From Candidatus Nanohalobium sp. (GTDB taxonomy: Archaea > Nanohalarchaeota > Nanosalinia > Nanosalinales > Nanosalinaceae), in NCBI GenBank assembly GCA_042217545.1, contig JBDGSM010000079.1:1-14646 (forward strand): a stretch of DNA of 14,646 bases, in the 5' to 3' direction. Below the pieces are notes generated by a model. The model saw nothing but the letters and a program-made list of their open reading frames with translations. It made no database searches and was not told the origin of the DNA. Made by a program: the position numbers and the translations under genes. Of this stretch, positions 6,701 to 13,660 are shown piece after piece; within the stretch, counting starts at the first letter, position 1, and each line of letters opens with the position of its first letter.

Positions 6701-8463
6701 AGTACAGGGAACTCGTAGTAATCCCGGCAAAGGAACAGAGACCCACACTCAACGTCAACGTCCAGAACCAGAACGGCAGAAAACTCCAGAACGCAAGAGT
6801 CCAGGTAGAAGGCCCTACAGCACTCACAAGATACACGGGAACATCAGGACACATCTTCCTCAAACTGGATCAGGGAGACTACGACCTGACCGTCTCCAAG
6901 ACAGGATACGAAACCAGACACAGAAGCATCAACCTCCAGGAAGGAGACACAAGCTCGATAACAGTAACACTGCACGAACTAGGCAACCAGGGAACACTTA
7001 CCGCGTTAGTCCAGGACGGAGATGGAAATAGGCTTGCAGACGCCGACGTAACAGTAACAGATGGTACAACAAAAACAAGCACAACTGACAACAACGGAAG
7101 AGCCACCCTGAGCCTCTCAGCAGGAGAGCACACAGTCAAAGCACATAAAGACGGATACGGAACAAGAGTGAAGACCGTAAACATCAACGAAGGAGAAGGA
7201 ACCACGGAAATCTTCAAACTCTACAAATCAGGCAACAAAGGCCTTCACATCACGAACGTACAGTTCCCATCCTCAGTCTGCAGGGGCTCAACAATGAAAG
7301 CCCAGGTAACGATCAGGAACGATGGAGGATTCCACGAGGTCGTATCGCTTGCCGGATCAGGCCTCGGAGGAATAACAGCGATGCCAAGCTTCAGCATCCA
7401 GCCAGGCAACACGGTGACCAAGACCCTATACTTCACCAACGTACAGGGATCAGGCAGCGAAGAGTTCAAGGTAACAGTCAACAACCACGGAAACGACAGA
7501 GAATACAGAACAGTAAACGTCAACAACTGCGGAACAACCGGCCGAAACCAGGCCTCAGGCATCTCGATGTCCCTGGGATACACCAAGAAACCACATATGG
7601 CGGTAGAGGGCGACATCATCAAGGTCAAAGGCTTTGTAGACGGAGTGCCAGGAAGAGCCAACGTAGACATCAAAGTCGACGACGAAGTCAAGGCCTCGGT
7701 CAGGACACAGCCAGACGGCTACTACCAGACCTGGATAACCGCGGAGAAACCAGGCCCACATACAGTAACAGCCACAACAGGACAGGTAAGCGACACCAAG
7801 CCGCTGAGAATCATACCGACAGCCACAGTAACCAGTCTCCAGGCTCCGGTCAGCAAGTTCGAAGGCCAGGACTACAGGATCTGCGCACAGGTCGAATCAC
7901 AGGTAAAACCCCAGGTAGTCCTTGTAAGAGACGGTGAAGTCGTTCAGTCAAAGAAACAGAACGGAAAAGTCTGCTTCAACCAGACAGCCCGGCAGCCAGG
8001 AACCCACAAGTACAAAGTCGCAGCACTGACATCAGGCAGCGACAACGAAGCGTCCACAACCGTTGAAGTCCTGAAAATGGGTGTAGAGACCTCAAGCTTC
8101 CCGGACCAGATCGCATCAGTAGAATCCGGATCAGGCCTTGTCAAGGTAGAGCTCTACAATACCAACGATAAAGAGAAGAGATACAGTCTCCAGCTCAAGG
8201 GCCTTCCTGACACATGGGTATCTCAGTCGGAGAAACAGGTCGTGCTTCAGAAAGGAGAGAAGAAGACAGTCTACTTCTACCTTACACCGCAGGAAGAAGG
8301 CAGTTACAAGCCGTCCATCAGTGTCACTTCGGGAGGGGAAGAGGTCTACTGGCAGAAGCTTGACGTCATCACAGGAGGAACCACCGATTCCAATCCAGGA
8401 AGGAAGGACGGAGGTTTCCTCGGCCAGGTATGGCATGGGATTACAAGCTTCTTCTCCCACTAG
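3781..8463 (+). CDS. Large secreted surface protein (1560 aa): repeated Ig/CARDB-like domains, 2 PKD domains, 2 carboxypeptidase-regulatory/PEGA-like domains, a C-terminal NEW3/COG1470-like domain and an amphipathic tail
   Basis: Sec signal peptide ...VLFVASASA. PKD signatures PTASFTW...VTFDGSGSSDPDGDI..YRWSFGDG and PSASFTW...FDASGSSDPNSDIVDYTWYFGDG. LxVxVQ...G..L.NA.V...G.Y.LTVSKTGYE-type repeats. Tail GGFLGQVWHGITSFFSH. Confidence 0.9.
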   Translation: MTLKHNSKALIFAILAVLFVASASAYTSQFTTSPPNTQPVGESFTIAGKVGQSGSWESDLESIMIESSPEGSSTWFVQKEKDYGCFGSSCTISSDSISHDTAEDVEYRIVAMNNVGNTVPYSPGPKTVTFQQQGPAVELASVTASDYSVSKSDGSTTLKAGITNNRDTELFVHMIWKADSTEIASGWYYINAGSTETVTKQVTYSTLESNLQTDTAYDLKGKVSYSDVTDTKTAPQTLKVESHQKAPPSVHITNIRSTDTHINKGETTHFKADLRPNTDIGYLEVDFKSDGTLLKSKSLYDLSGSSSTTASVSMSWSDLKDKLGTGKHHKLTVKVHNYQLTNSETESDAFFLASHQKDFNIVDYGPEGTVHNPVKLHLKLDDNPSTGWCKWKEGSSVSRDSGTLMAKPDSSEPKWKYSKHFSEGSHKVTFQCFNGQRTLTSEKTTTFTVEKQNQQKVAITALRSTLDTINQGETTHFKADIKAYRDISYLEVDFYVDGKKVRDNQVWNLGSGDTKTVSSSVTWNDLRNKVETGQHHDLKVKLHNYQIDKSKTENNAFYLSEKEGTSCRKFSDSNLDPELQNFESIAEEGNSYDSGIKLNNNGGSDVSGNLGIYVKSSNQLMDCNYYKNHYNDMASFAGGNVNANAGSSGSFSFSYSGKPVDDLEYGETYVLVAVFHSDSTVYVGNVGSIQWRKSRNGDNSPTASFTWDKHPAKVGQTVTFDGSGSSDPDGDIEQYRWSFGDGTGYKHGSEETHTFGSPGTYDVTLRVKDSKGNKDTVTKSVTVVQQGNNGGSQKPSASFTWSPGQPYPGDTVTFDASGSSDPNSDIVDYTWYFGDGNTGHGRTVDHSFSNTGDYDVQLVTEDSQGNTDTAVRTVPVVRNPAACSYQLSGIRFDKEIIRRGTSTSASVTLSNLGKKQVFNVKFTHSADTVRETEITVDAHSQRTLSASVSPHKDSMIGVKVSTEDAPCGHTHKKKYRELVVIPAKEQRPTLNVNVQNQNGRKLQNARVQVEGPTALTRYTGTSGHIFLKLDQGDYDLTVSKTGYETRHRSINLQEGDTSSITVTLHELGNQGTLTALVQDGDGNRLADADVTVTDGTTKTSTTDNNGRATLSLSAGEHTVKAHKDGYGTRVKTVNINEGEGTTEIFKLYKSGNKGLHITNVQFPSSVCRGSTMKAQVTIRNDGGFHEVVSLAGSGLGGITAMPSFSIQPGNTVTKTLYFTNVQGSGSEEFKVTVNNHGNDREYRTVNVNNCGTTGRNQASGISMSLGYTKKPHMAVEGDIIKVKGFVDGVPGRANVDIKVDDEVKASVRTQPDGYYQTWITAEKPGPHTVTATTGQVSDTKPLRIIPTATVTSLQAPVSKFEGQDYRICAQVESQVKPQVVLVRDGEVVQSKKQNGKVCFNQTARQPGTHKYKVAALTSGSDNEASTTVEVLKMGVETSSFPDQIASVESGSGLVKVELYNTNDKEKRYSLQLKGLPDTWVSQSEKQVVLQKGEKKTVYFYLTPQEEGSYKPSISVTSGGEEVYWQKLDVITGGTTDSNPGRKDGGFLGQVWHGITSFFSH
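4522..5457 (+). repeat. Intragenic duplicated ~105-aa Ig-like domain (about 4522-4836 and 5146-5457)
   Basis: IN.GETTHFKAD...DI.YLEVDF..DG...W.DL..K..TG.HH.L.VK.HNYQ...AF.L occurs twice. Exact 27-bp match ggagaaactacgcatttcaaggccgat at 4573-4599 and 5194-5220. Confidence 0.9.
5878..6408 (+). repeat. Tandem PKD domains (about 5878-6129 and 6160-6408)
   Basis: Two PKD signature sets with W.FGDG. Shared DNA words gcttcacatgg, ggaagcagcgatccc and cttcggcgacggaa. Confidence 0.9.
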
Positions 8464-8490
8464 CCTTCTTTTCCCCTTATTCACTCCTGT
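8464..8490 (+). terminator. Pyrimidine-rich terminator
   Basis: ccttcttttccccttattcactcct after the TAG at 8463. Confidence 0.5.
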
Positions 8491-8521
8491 ACAGTTCCAA
8501 ACGTTTGTCACTATCGACTAA

Positions 8522-8557
8522 TATAAAAGATTTGGTCCGAGTGTTATTATATGGTGA
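8522..8557 (+). promoter_or_regulatory. TATA box plus SD for the 8567 gene
   Basis: TATAAAA at 8522-8528, GGTGA at 8553-8557, ATG at 8567. Confidence 0.55.
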
Positions 8558-8566
8558 CAATTTCAC

Positions 8567-10327
8567 ATGAACAGCTCAACTAAACTAGTACTACTTACAA
8601 CTCTGCTAACGCTTTCTATCGGTATCACCGCCGCTAGTCCGGCAGATCTTACTCTTTTCCCACAGGAATCCAGCGCAAGGATTGACTCCTTCACTACTTA
8701 CCAGCTTACCGTACAGAACCAGGGCCCTGTGGAAGACGTCTATACACTGAGTCCCAGTAACCCTTCCGCCATCTCCATCGCTCCCAGACAGGTCAGGATC
8801 GGGGCCGGAGATTCCAAGGTCGTAAATATCTGGTACAACCCAGAGACTCAGACCGAGGCAGGAAGATACAGTTTCAACGTAAACGCAAAGTCCCGGGCCA
8901 CGGGCAACACGTATTCCATCCAAGGTTTCGTCAATGTTATACGCCAACACGACGTTTCTCTCAAATACAAACAACCCCGAGCAGTATGTCTGGGTCAGAC
9001 AGCCACATACAAGGTAAAAGTCACCAATGGAGGCCTTACAAAGGAGACCTTCAAGCTCAGCGCCTCCAAGGGACAGTTCTCACAGGACAAAGTCACTCTT
9101 GAAGACGGAGAGTCAAAGGTCGTTGAGTTCTACCTCTCCTCCAAAAAGCCTAGGGAAGCCAGTGTCAACCTGGTCGCTGCCTCCACCACAAGCTATGCAC
9201 AGGCCATCAAACCCGTACATTTCAAATCAGAGACCTGCTACGCTTCACAGGTTGTAGTAAGTCCTGAAAGCCAGAGAGTGGCAGCAGGCACTACAGCACA
9301 TTACAACGTGACAGTCAGGAACACAGGTACAAGGGCTGACGACTTCACACTTCAGACAAACCAGGGAGAACTCGGAAACTCATCTTTCAGCCTCCCTGCA
9401 GGAAAATCAACTCGTACACAGCTCAGATACACGCCTACAGAGCTGGGAACCAAGTCACTGAAAGTAACAGCCAAGTCAGGAGTAACGACTCAGGGCACAG
9501 CAGAAGCCACAGTCTACAACGGAATGAAATCCGACATAAGCGTTCCACATAACACCGTTCAGACATGTGAAAACACCGAGGAAACAGTCCCGGTAACAGT
9601 CGAAAACACGGGAGAGGCCTCGGAGAACTTCCAGGTCCAGACAACTACAGGAAACCTGTCACAGAATGAAGTAACTCTTGGCAAAGGAGAATCAAAAGTC
9701 CTGAACCTCTCCTACCAGACAGGAGACCCAGGTAAGGTCAACTACCAGATCACCTCCACAGCCACAACATTCAACCAGCCGACGGACACAGTAAACGGCA
9801 AATTCAAAGTACAGAACTGCTGGGACCTCGACATGAGCGTTCTCCCGGAAGTAGCGAGCGCAGGAGAGAACCAGAGTCAGGTCTACGAAATCAGGCTCAA
9901 CAACACAGGAACCAGACAGAACACCTATGAACTCACATATGAAGGCCCATCCTGGATCTCCATCAAGGACAGGGAAAATGACCTTAACGAACGCACAGTA
10001 ACAGTGCCAGCGGGAGAAACAGGATACGCAGACATCTACGCAGGAATCCCATTCCAGAAGAAAGGAGAAATCATTATCACTGCAACAGCTGTAGGAGAGC
10101 AGGTCAAGAAATCCAAGACAGTCAAACTGCTCATAGGAAAAGATATCAAGGAAGCAATGAAGAGCGACAAAGGAGGAGCAGGTGGAGGACTAATTACTGG
10201 ATCATTCTCCGAATCAGCAAGCAACTTCGTCAAGAACTTCCAGGCACAGGGAACAGTGGCCAAGCTCGCAATAGCAGTCATCATAGGCCTCATCCTCACA
10301 GCAGCAATCCTCTACTGGGAATGGTAG
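8567..10327 (+). CDS. Membrane-anchored surface protein with five NEW3/CARDB/COG1470-like Ig repeats (586 aa)
   Basis: Signal peptide. Five repeats of Y.(L/V).V.N.G...(D/E).(Y/F).L...V.(L/I)..GESK. GLITGSF motif followed by a C-terminal TM helix LAIAVIIGLILTAAILYW. Confidence 0.88.
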   Translation: MNSSTKLVLLTTLLTLSIGITAASPADLTLFPQESSARIDSFTTYQLTVQNQGPVEDVYTLSPSNPSAISIAPRQVRIGAGDSKVVNIWYNPETQTEAGRYSFNVNAKSRATGNTYSIQGFVNVIRQHDVSLKYKQPRAVCLGQTATYKVKVTNGGLTKETFKLSASKGQFSQDKVTLEDGESKVVEFYLSSKKPREASVNLVAASTTSYAQAIKPVHFKSETCYASQVVVSPESQRVAAGTTAHYNVTVRNTGTRADDFTLQTNQGELGNSSFSLPAGKSTRTQLRYTPTELGTKSLKVTAKSGVTTQGTAEATVYNGMKSDISVPHNTVQTCENTEETVPVTVENTGEASENFQVQTTTGNLSQNEVTLGKGESKVLNLSYQTGDPGKVNYQITSTATTFNQPTDTVNGKFKVQNCWDLDMSVLPEVASAGENQSQVYEIRLNNTGTRQNTYELTYEGPSWISIKDRENDLNERTVTVPAGETGYADIYAGIPFQKKGEIIITATAVGEQVKKSKTVKLLIGKDIKEAMKSDKGGAGGGLITGSFSESASNFVKNFQAQGTVAKLAIAVIIGLILTAAILYWEW

Positions 10328-10345
10328 AAAGAAAGGCCTCACCAC

Positions 10346-10381
10346 ATTTTTCCTCTTCTCATTTTTTCTCAATCTTTTTTC
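10346..10381 (+). terminator. Oligo-T terminator
   Basis: atttttcctcttctcattttttctcaatcttttttc after the TAG at 10327. Confidence 0.65.
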
Positions 10382-10642
10382 AGGACAGAAACCTGGTCAC
10401 ACTCTGGTTTATCCAACTTTCCTACTATTATATCTGATGCCCGTACGGCGATAAAGAAGCGATTCTGACAGTAAAACTATACACGCATGATAAAGGCCTT
10501 AAATTATCTCAGTGTGCAACTGCATCATTTGTTATTCACTGATTCCTCAGAGGATAAGAAAACAGATGTTTCCCTCTTCACCCGGGCCCGGTGTTACCAC
10601 GCTATCAAAGAACTAACTGGGAAGATTGAAAGCAGGTTTGTA

Positions 10643-10673
10643 GAACAGAAAGAAGAAATATGGAAGAGAAATA
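10643..10673 (-). terminator. Pyrimidine-rich terminator of the lipoprotein operon
   Basis: Minus strand reads atttctcttccatatttcttctttctgttct about 20 nt after the stop at 10693. Confidence 0.45.
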
Positions 10674-10692
10674 TGTTTTCCAGGAATGTCCT

Positions 10693-11685
10693 TTATCTTG
10701 GGTTGACCGTTACTTTGTTCTTCGTTGTCTTCGTGTAGCCGTAGGATGCCTGGATCTGGATTGGTCCGATCTCTCTCTGAGACATTGAACTTGTGAGGTC
10801 TGTGATCTTCATGTTGAAGCACTGTCTCGCCTTGTCTCCGCCTACCAGTTCTACAGTGTTGCTTGCTGATCTGCCGTAGTTACTGCCGCCTTCCTTCTTT
10901 ATCTTGGTGTTTCCTAGCGAGATCATCTTTACCTTGACCTTGTTTTCATCCTGATCGTCTATCGTGTACTGGCTTCCTGAGACACTGGCTCCGTGGAAGA
11001 CCTGTCCCGGTCCAACGTTCTTCACGTTGACACAGAAGTTGAACTTCTTGGTCGATCCGTCCTGACCTGGATAGTAGACCACAGGATTCCCCGAGTCAAT
11101 GTAGCCGTTCAGACTGATCGGTGCAGAGTTTGTATCGATCGAGATATCGTTCGTTCTGCTCTGTCCAGAGTTCTGGAACTTCTTGCTGTTCATTACCGTA
11201 ATCGTTGTCGTTCCATTTGTACTGTACTGGTAATGGATTTTCGCATGGAAATGGTAAGGGAACGTCTTCGGGACGTTAGGTGATAGCATTGAGATAGTCT
11301 TGCTTGTAGCGAAGTCTCCCTGGTTAGCTTCTAGGTCCCCGAAGTCAAATGTCCTGTAGGACTCCGTTACTTTTCCTGCACTTGCTACATCGCCATTATA
11401 GCTTCTCCATACTCTGTCATCTTGTTTGCTGTCGGCGAAAGGAGGATTGGCGAGCTTTGCAACTACATTGCGTGCTGTGCCCGAACCTGTGTTCTGAAGA
11501 GCTAACGTGAATGTCACTTTCTGGTTTGTAGGGGCGGGATTAGGAAAAGCGCTGAATTCATTGATTGAGATGGGTGTAGTGGAGCTCTGTTTGTTTCCGT
11601 TTGAACTGCCTCCACTTGCACATCCTGAAGCTACAAGAGTAACTACGATAAGAGCCGCCAAAGCATGTTTTTGTTCGAAATTCAT
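10693..11685 (-). CDS. Uncharacterised lipoprotein (lipobox VASGC), beta-rich; third gene of the operon
   Basis: Hydrophobic signal plus ASGC, then a Gly/Ser/Asn linker, L.N.G...A.NV and Y.Y.T motifs. 4-bp ATGA overlap with the upstream gene. Confidence 0.85.
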   Translation of the reverse strand: MNFEQKHALAALIVVTLVASGCASGGSSNGNKQSSTTPISINEFSAFPNPAPTNQKVTFTLALQNTGSGTARNVVAKLANPPFADSKQDDRVWRSYNGDVASAGKVTESYRTFDFGDLEANQGDFATSKTISMLSPNVPKTFPYHFHAKIHYQYSTNGTTTITVMNSKKFQNSGQSRTNDISIDTNSAPISLNGYIDSGNPVVYYPGQDGSTKKFNFCVNVKNVGPGQVFHGASVSGSQYTIDDQDENKVKVKMISLGNTKIKKEGGSNYGRSASNTVELVGGDKARQCFNMKITDLTSSMSQREIGPIQIQASYGYTKTTKNKVTVNPR

Positions 11686-12521
11686 TGGTTGTTCACAAGT
11701 TTCATACGTAGCACTGGTTCTTTGACGTATTTATAATGTGTGGAAAAGAGAAGGTTTCTAGTACCGCTGTGGCTTGGAGGGGTCAGTTTGCACTTGAACT
11801 TAAGCTCCTTATTTACAGTCGGAGCATCGCTCCGTGCACAGCCGTCAAACAGAGTCTTTGGGCTGAAGCGGAATTTATAGTCGGTATCTGATGCGATCCT
11901 GCCCTTACCTACCTCGTGAGTCCTGACGTGCAGCACTCTTCGGGATTCCAGAGGTACAGGATTCTCTGTTGAAACAGCCATCCTGACCTCGCTGTTCTTG
12001 AAGGTCTTACCGATATTAGAAGTACTGTTTATCTCATCCAGATGTTTGTACTGGACCTTGAAAGGCTTCTGATTGGTCAAAGCCGACTCATACTCCAGGT
12101 GCAGATTGACCGATGTAGGCTTCGAAGAAGGAAAACCATACTTATCCTTGCTCGGCGCCTTAAGATCCCACTGGCAGTGCATCTCAGGATAGTTGTTTCC
12201 CGAGGCAGGCTTGAGATCTTCAGGCGAGGGATTACAGCTCCTGTTCTCAACGGTCAGAAGGCCTTCATTGTAGAGGTAAAGATCAGTGATATTGATATCT
12301 GCCTCATGGTAGTTCTTCAACCTCAGGTTGATTATAGCCGGCTGAGAAGGCCTTAAAGTCTCATCCGTAGATCTGAAGTTTATCACGCGAAGGCCTCTGT
12401 TCTGTGTAAGTTGAGGCCCTTTGTTGCCTCCGCTGCTGTTATTGTTTCCCTGGTTTGGCATTGAGCATCCTGACGCGATAAGCAGAGTAACGAGTATTCC
12501 TGCAAGTTTTAGTTTATCCAC
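11682..12521 (-). CDS. Uncharacterised lipoprotein (lipobox IASGC); second gene of the operon
   Basis: GGTGA SD before the GTG start; 8-bp overlap with the upstream stop; Cys pairs; Y.Y motifs as in its neighbours. Confidence 0.85.
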   Translation of the reverse strand: MDKLKLAGILVTLLIASGCSMPNQGNNNSSGGNKGPQLTQNRGLRVINFRSTDETLRPSQPAIINLRLKNYHEADINITDLYLYNEGLLTVENRSCNPSPEDLKPASGNNYPEMHCQWDLKAPSKDKYGFPSSKPTSVNLHLEYESALTNQKPFKVQYKHLDEINSTSNIGKTFKNSEVRMAVSTENPVPLESRRVLHVRTHEVGKGRIASDTDYKFRFSPKTLFDGCARSDAPTVNKELKFKCKLTPPSHSGTRNLLFSTHYKYVKEPVLRMKLVNNQ

Positions 12522-13599
12522 GGTATTTCACCTTGATTTGGGTTTCTCCCAGGTCCTTGATATATGTGTAGTTGACATGTGCGTCTATCTGTCCCCTTAT
12601 GCTTGGAACGCCCATTTTACTCTTTAACTTTTCGTCTCCGTTTTTCGGTGTTAGGACGACGCCACATCGGATTATCCTTGATTCCCCCTGGTAGATCCTC
12701 ATTTTCTGATTGACAACAATGCTGTCAACAAGACCTCCTGAGCTTGATTCTGAATTGGAGTTTGTCCCTGATCCTGAGGTTATTTCCGCGCCTTTAAATC
12801 TGCTGCCGCCGGACTTCATATATGCTGCTCCTGTTGCAGAGCCGGCGGTTTTCGTTTTCATATTGCATGAGGATTTGTTGATCTTGAATCTGTCCGATGT
12901 TCCTATAACGGGTTCTTTCAGACTTACCAGTCCCTGGTACGAGCTTTCTTCAGGAGCGTTGTTCTCCATCTGGACCAGCACTTCCATACGGTCACCTTTG
13001 ATGAAGGTCGGTGCTCCTTTCTTCGAAGTGCTTCCTATCATTTCCAGGTTGATTGTCATGGGGCCCTGAGATGTTCTGCTCTGCAGCTCGGTAGCTCCCT
13101 GAACATCTCTATCTCTCTTAACTTCAAGCTGCTGATATGCACTTACTCCGTAATCAAATGGAATCTGCATGCTCAGAGGACATTTGTATCCGTAAGTCGG
13201 AACACTTCCTTTATTACTATTTTTCAATGTCCAGCGAAGCTGCAGTTCGCCGCCAGGCTTCAGAGTATAGCTATCTTCCGTGCTGGAAACCCTGCTACTG
13301 TAACCGCTGAAACTTTGTATATTGAATATGTCGGGACAGTAATTCCTCAGTATTTTCGTACCTTTATCTCCGACAGAAACGTTAGCAGGCATTACACCGG
13401 TGTTTACTATGCCTACATGCATCTGGGTGCTGGAACCTGCAAGTATACTTTTCGGCTGTACCTTGAAGCTGGTAACGGTAACTGTCTTTCCTCCTGGGCC
13501 AATGTTAAGGCCTCCGCCATCTCCACCTCCGCCACCTATACATCCTGAGGCTAGAACCGTGGAAAGGAGAAGGCATGTTAGGAGGTACTTTTGGTTCAT
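12514..13599 (-). CDS. Uncharacterised lipoprotein (lipobox LASGC); first gene of the operon
   Basis: MNQKYLLTCLLLSTVLASGC followed by a poly-Gly linker. ATG 13599 is preferred over TTG 13602 because it lies about 30 nt from a TTTTAA box. Confidence 0.85.
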   Translation of the reverse strand: MNQKYLLTCLLLSTVLASGCIGGGGGDGGGLNIGPGGKTVTVTSFKVQPKSILAGSSTQMHVGIVNTGVMPANVSVGDKGTKILRNYCPDIFNIQSFSGYSSRVSSTEDSYTLKPGGELQLRWTLKNSNKGSVPTYGYKCPLSMQIPFDYGVSAYQQLEVKRDRDVQGATELQSRTSQGPMTINLEMIGSTSKKGAPTFIKGDRMEVLVQMENNAPEESSYQGLVSLKEPVIGTSDRFKINKSSCNMKTKTAGSATGAAYMKSGGSRFKGAEITSGSGTNSNSESSSGGLVDSIVVNQKMRIYQGESRIIRCGVVLTPKNGDEKLKSKMGVPSIRGQIDAHVNYTYIKDLGETQIKVKYRG

Positions 13600-13660
13600 C
13601 AACTTAGTATATGAACTCCTCAGTTAAAAGTATTTTACTCCCCATGCTCCAAAATGCACT
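13600..13660. promoter_or_regulatory. Compact bidirectional promoter region
   Basis: 61-bp divergent gap containing TAAAA-GTA-TTTTA (13625-13637), which gives a TTTTA box on each strand about 28-30 nt from each ATG. Confidence 0.55.

Noticed and set aside
3914..10299. Numerous antisense and alternate-frame ORFs within the two surface-protein genes
   Set aside because: Expected by-products of biased codon usage (ACA/GTA/AAC-rich sense strand); no independent start signals or recognisable motifs.
10400..10430. Minus-strand GTAGGAAAGTTGG resembling the RNase P RNA GAGGAAAGUCC motif
   Set aside because: The match is partial, the complementary P4 3' motif was not found, and the region is too AT-rich and unstructured.
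10487..10738. 83-aa plus-strand ORF in the convergent gap
   Set aside because: No clear SD or TATA spacing, atypical composition, and it runs through the opposite terminator and overlaps the lipoprotein 3' end by 46 bp. Probably spurious, though a young or decayed gene is not excluded.
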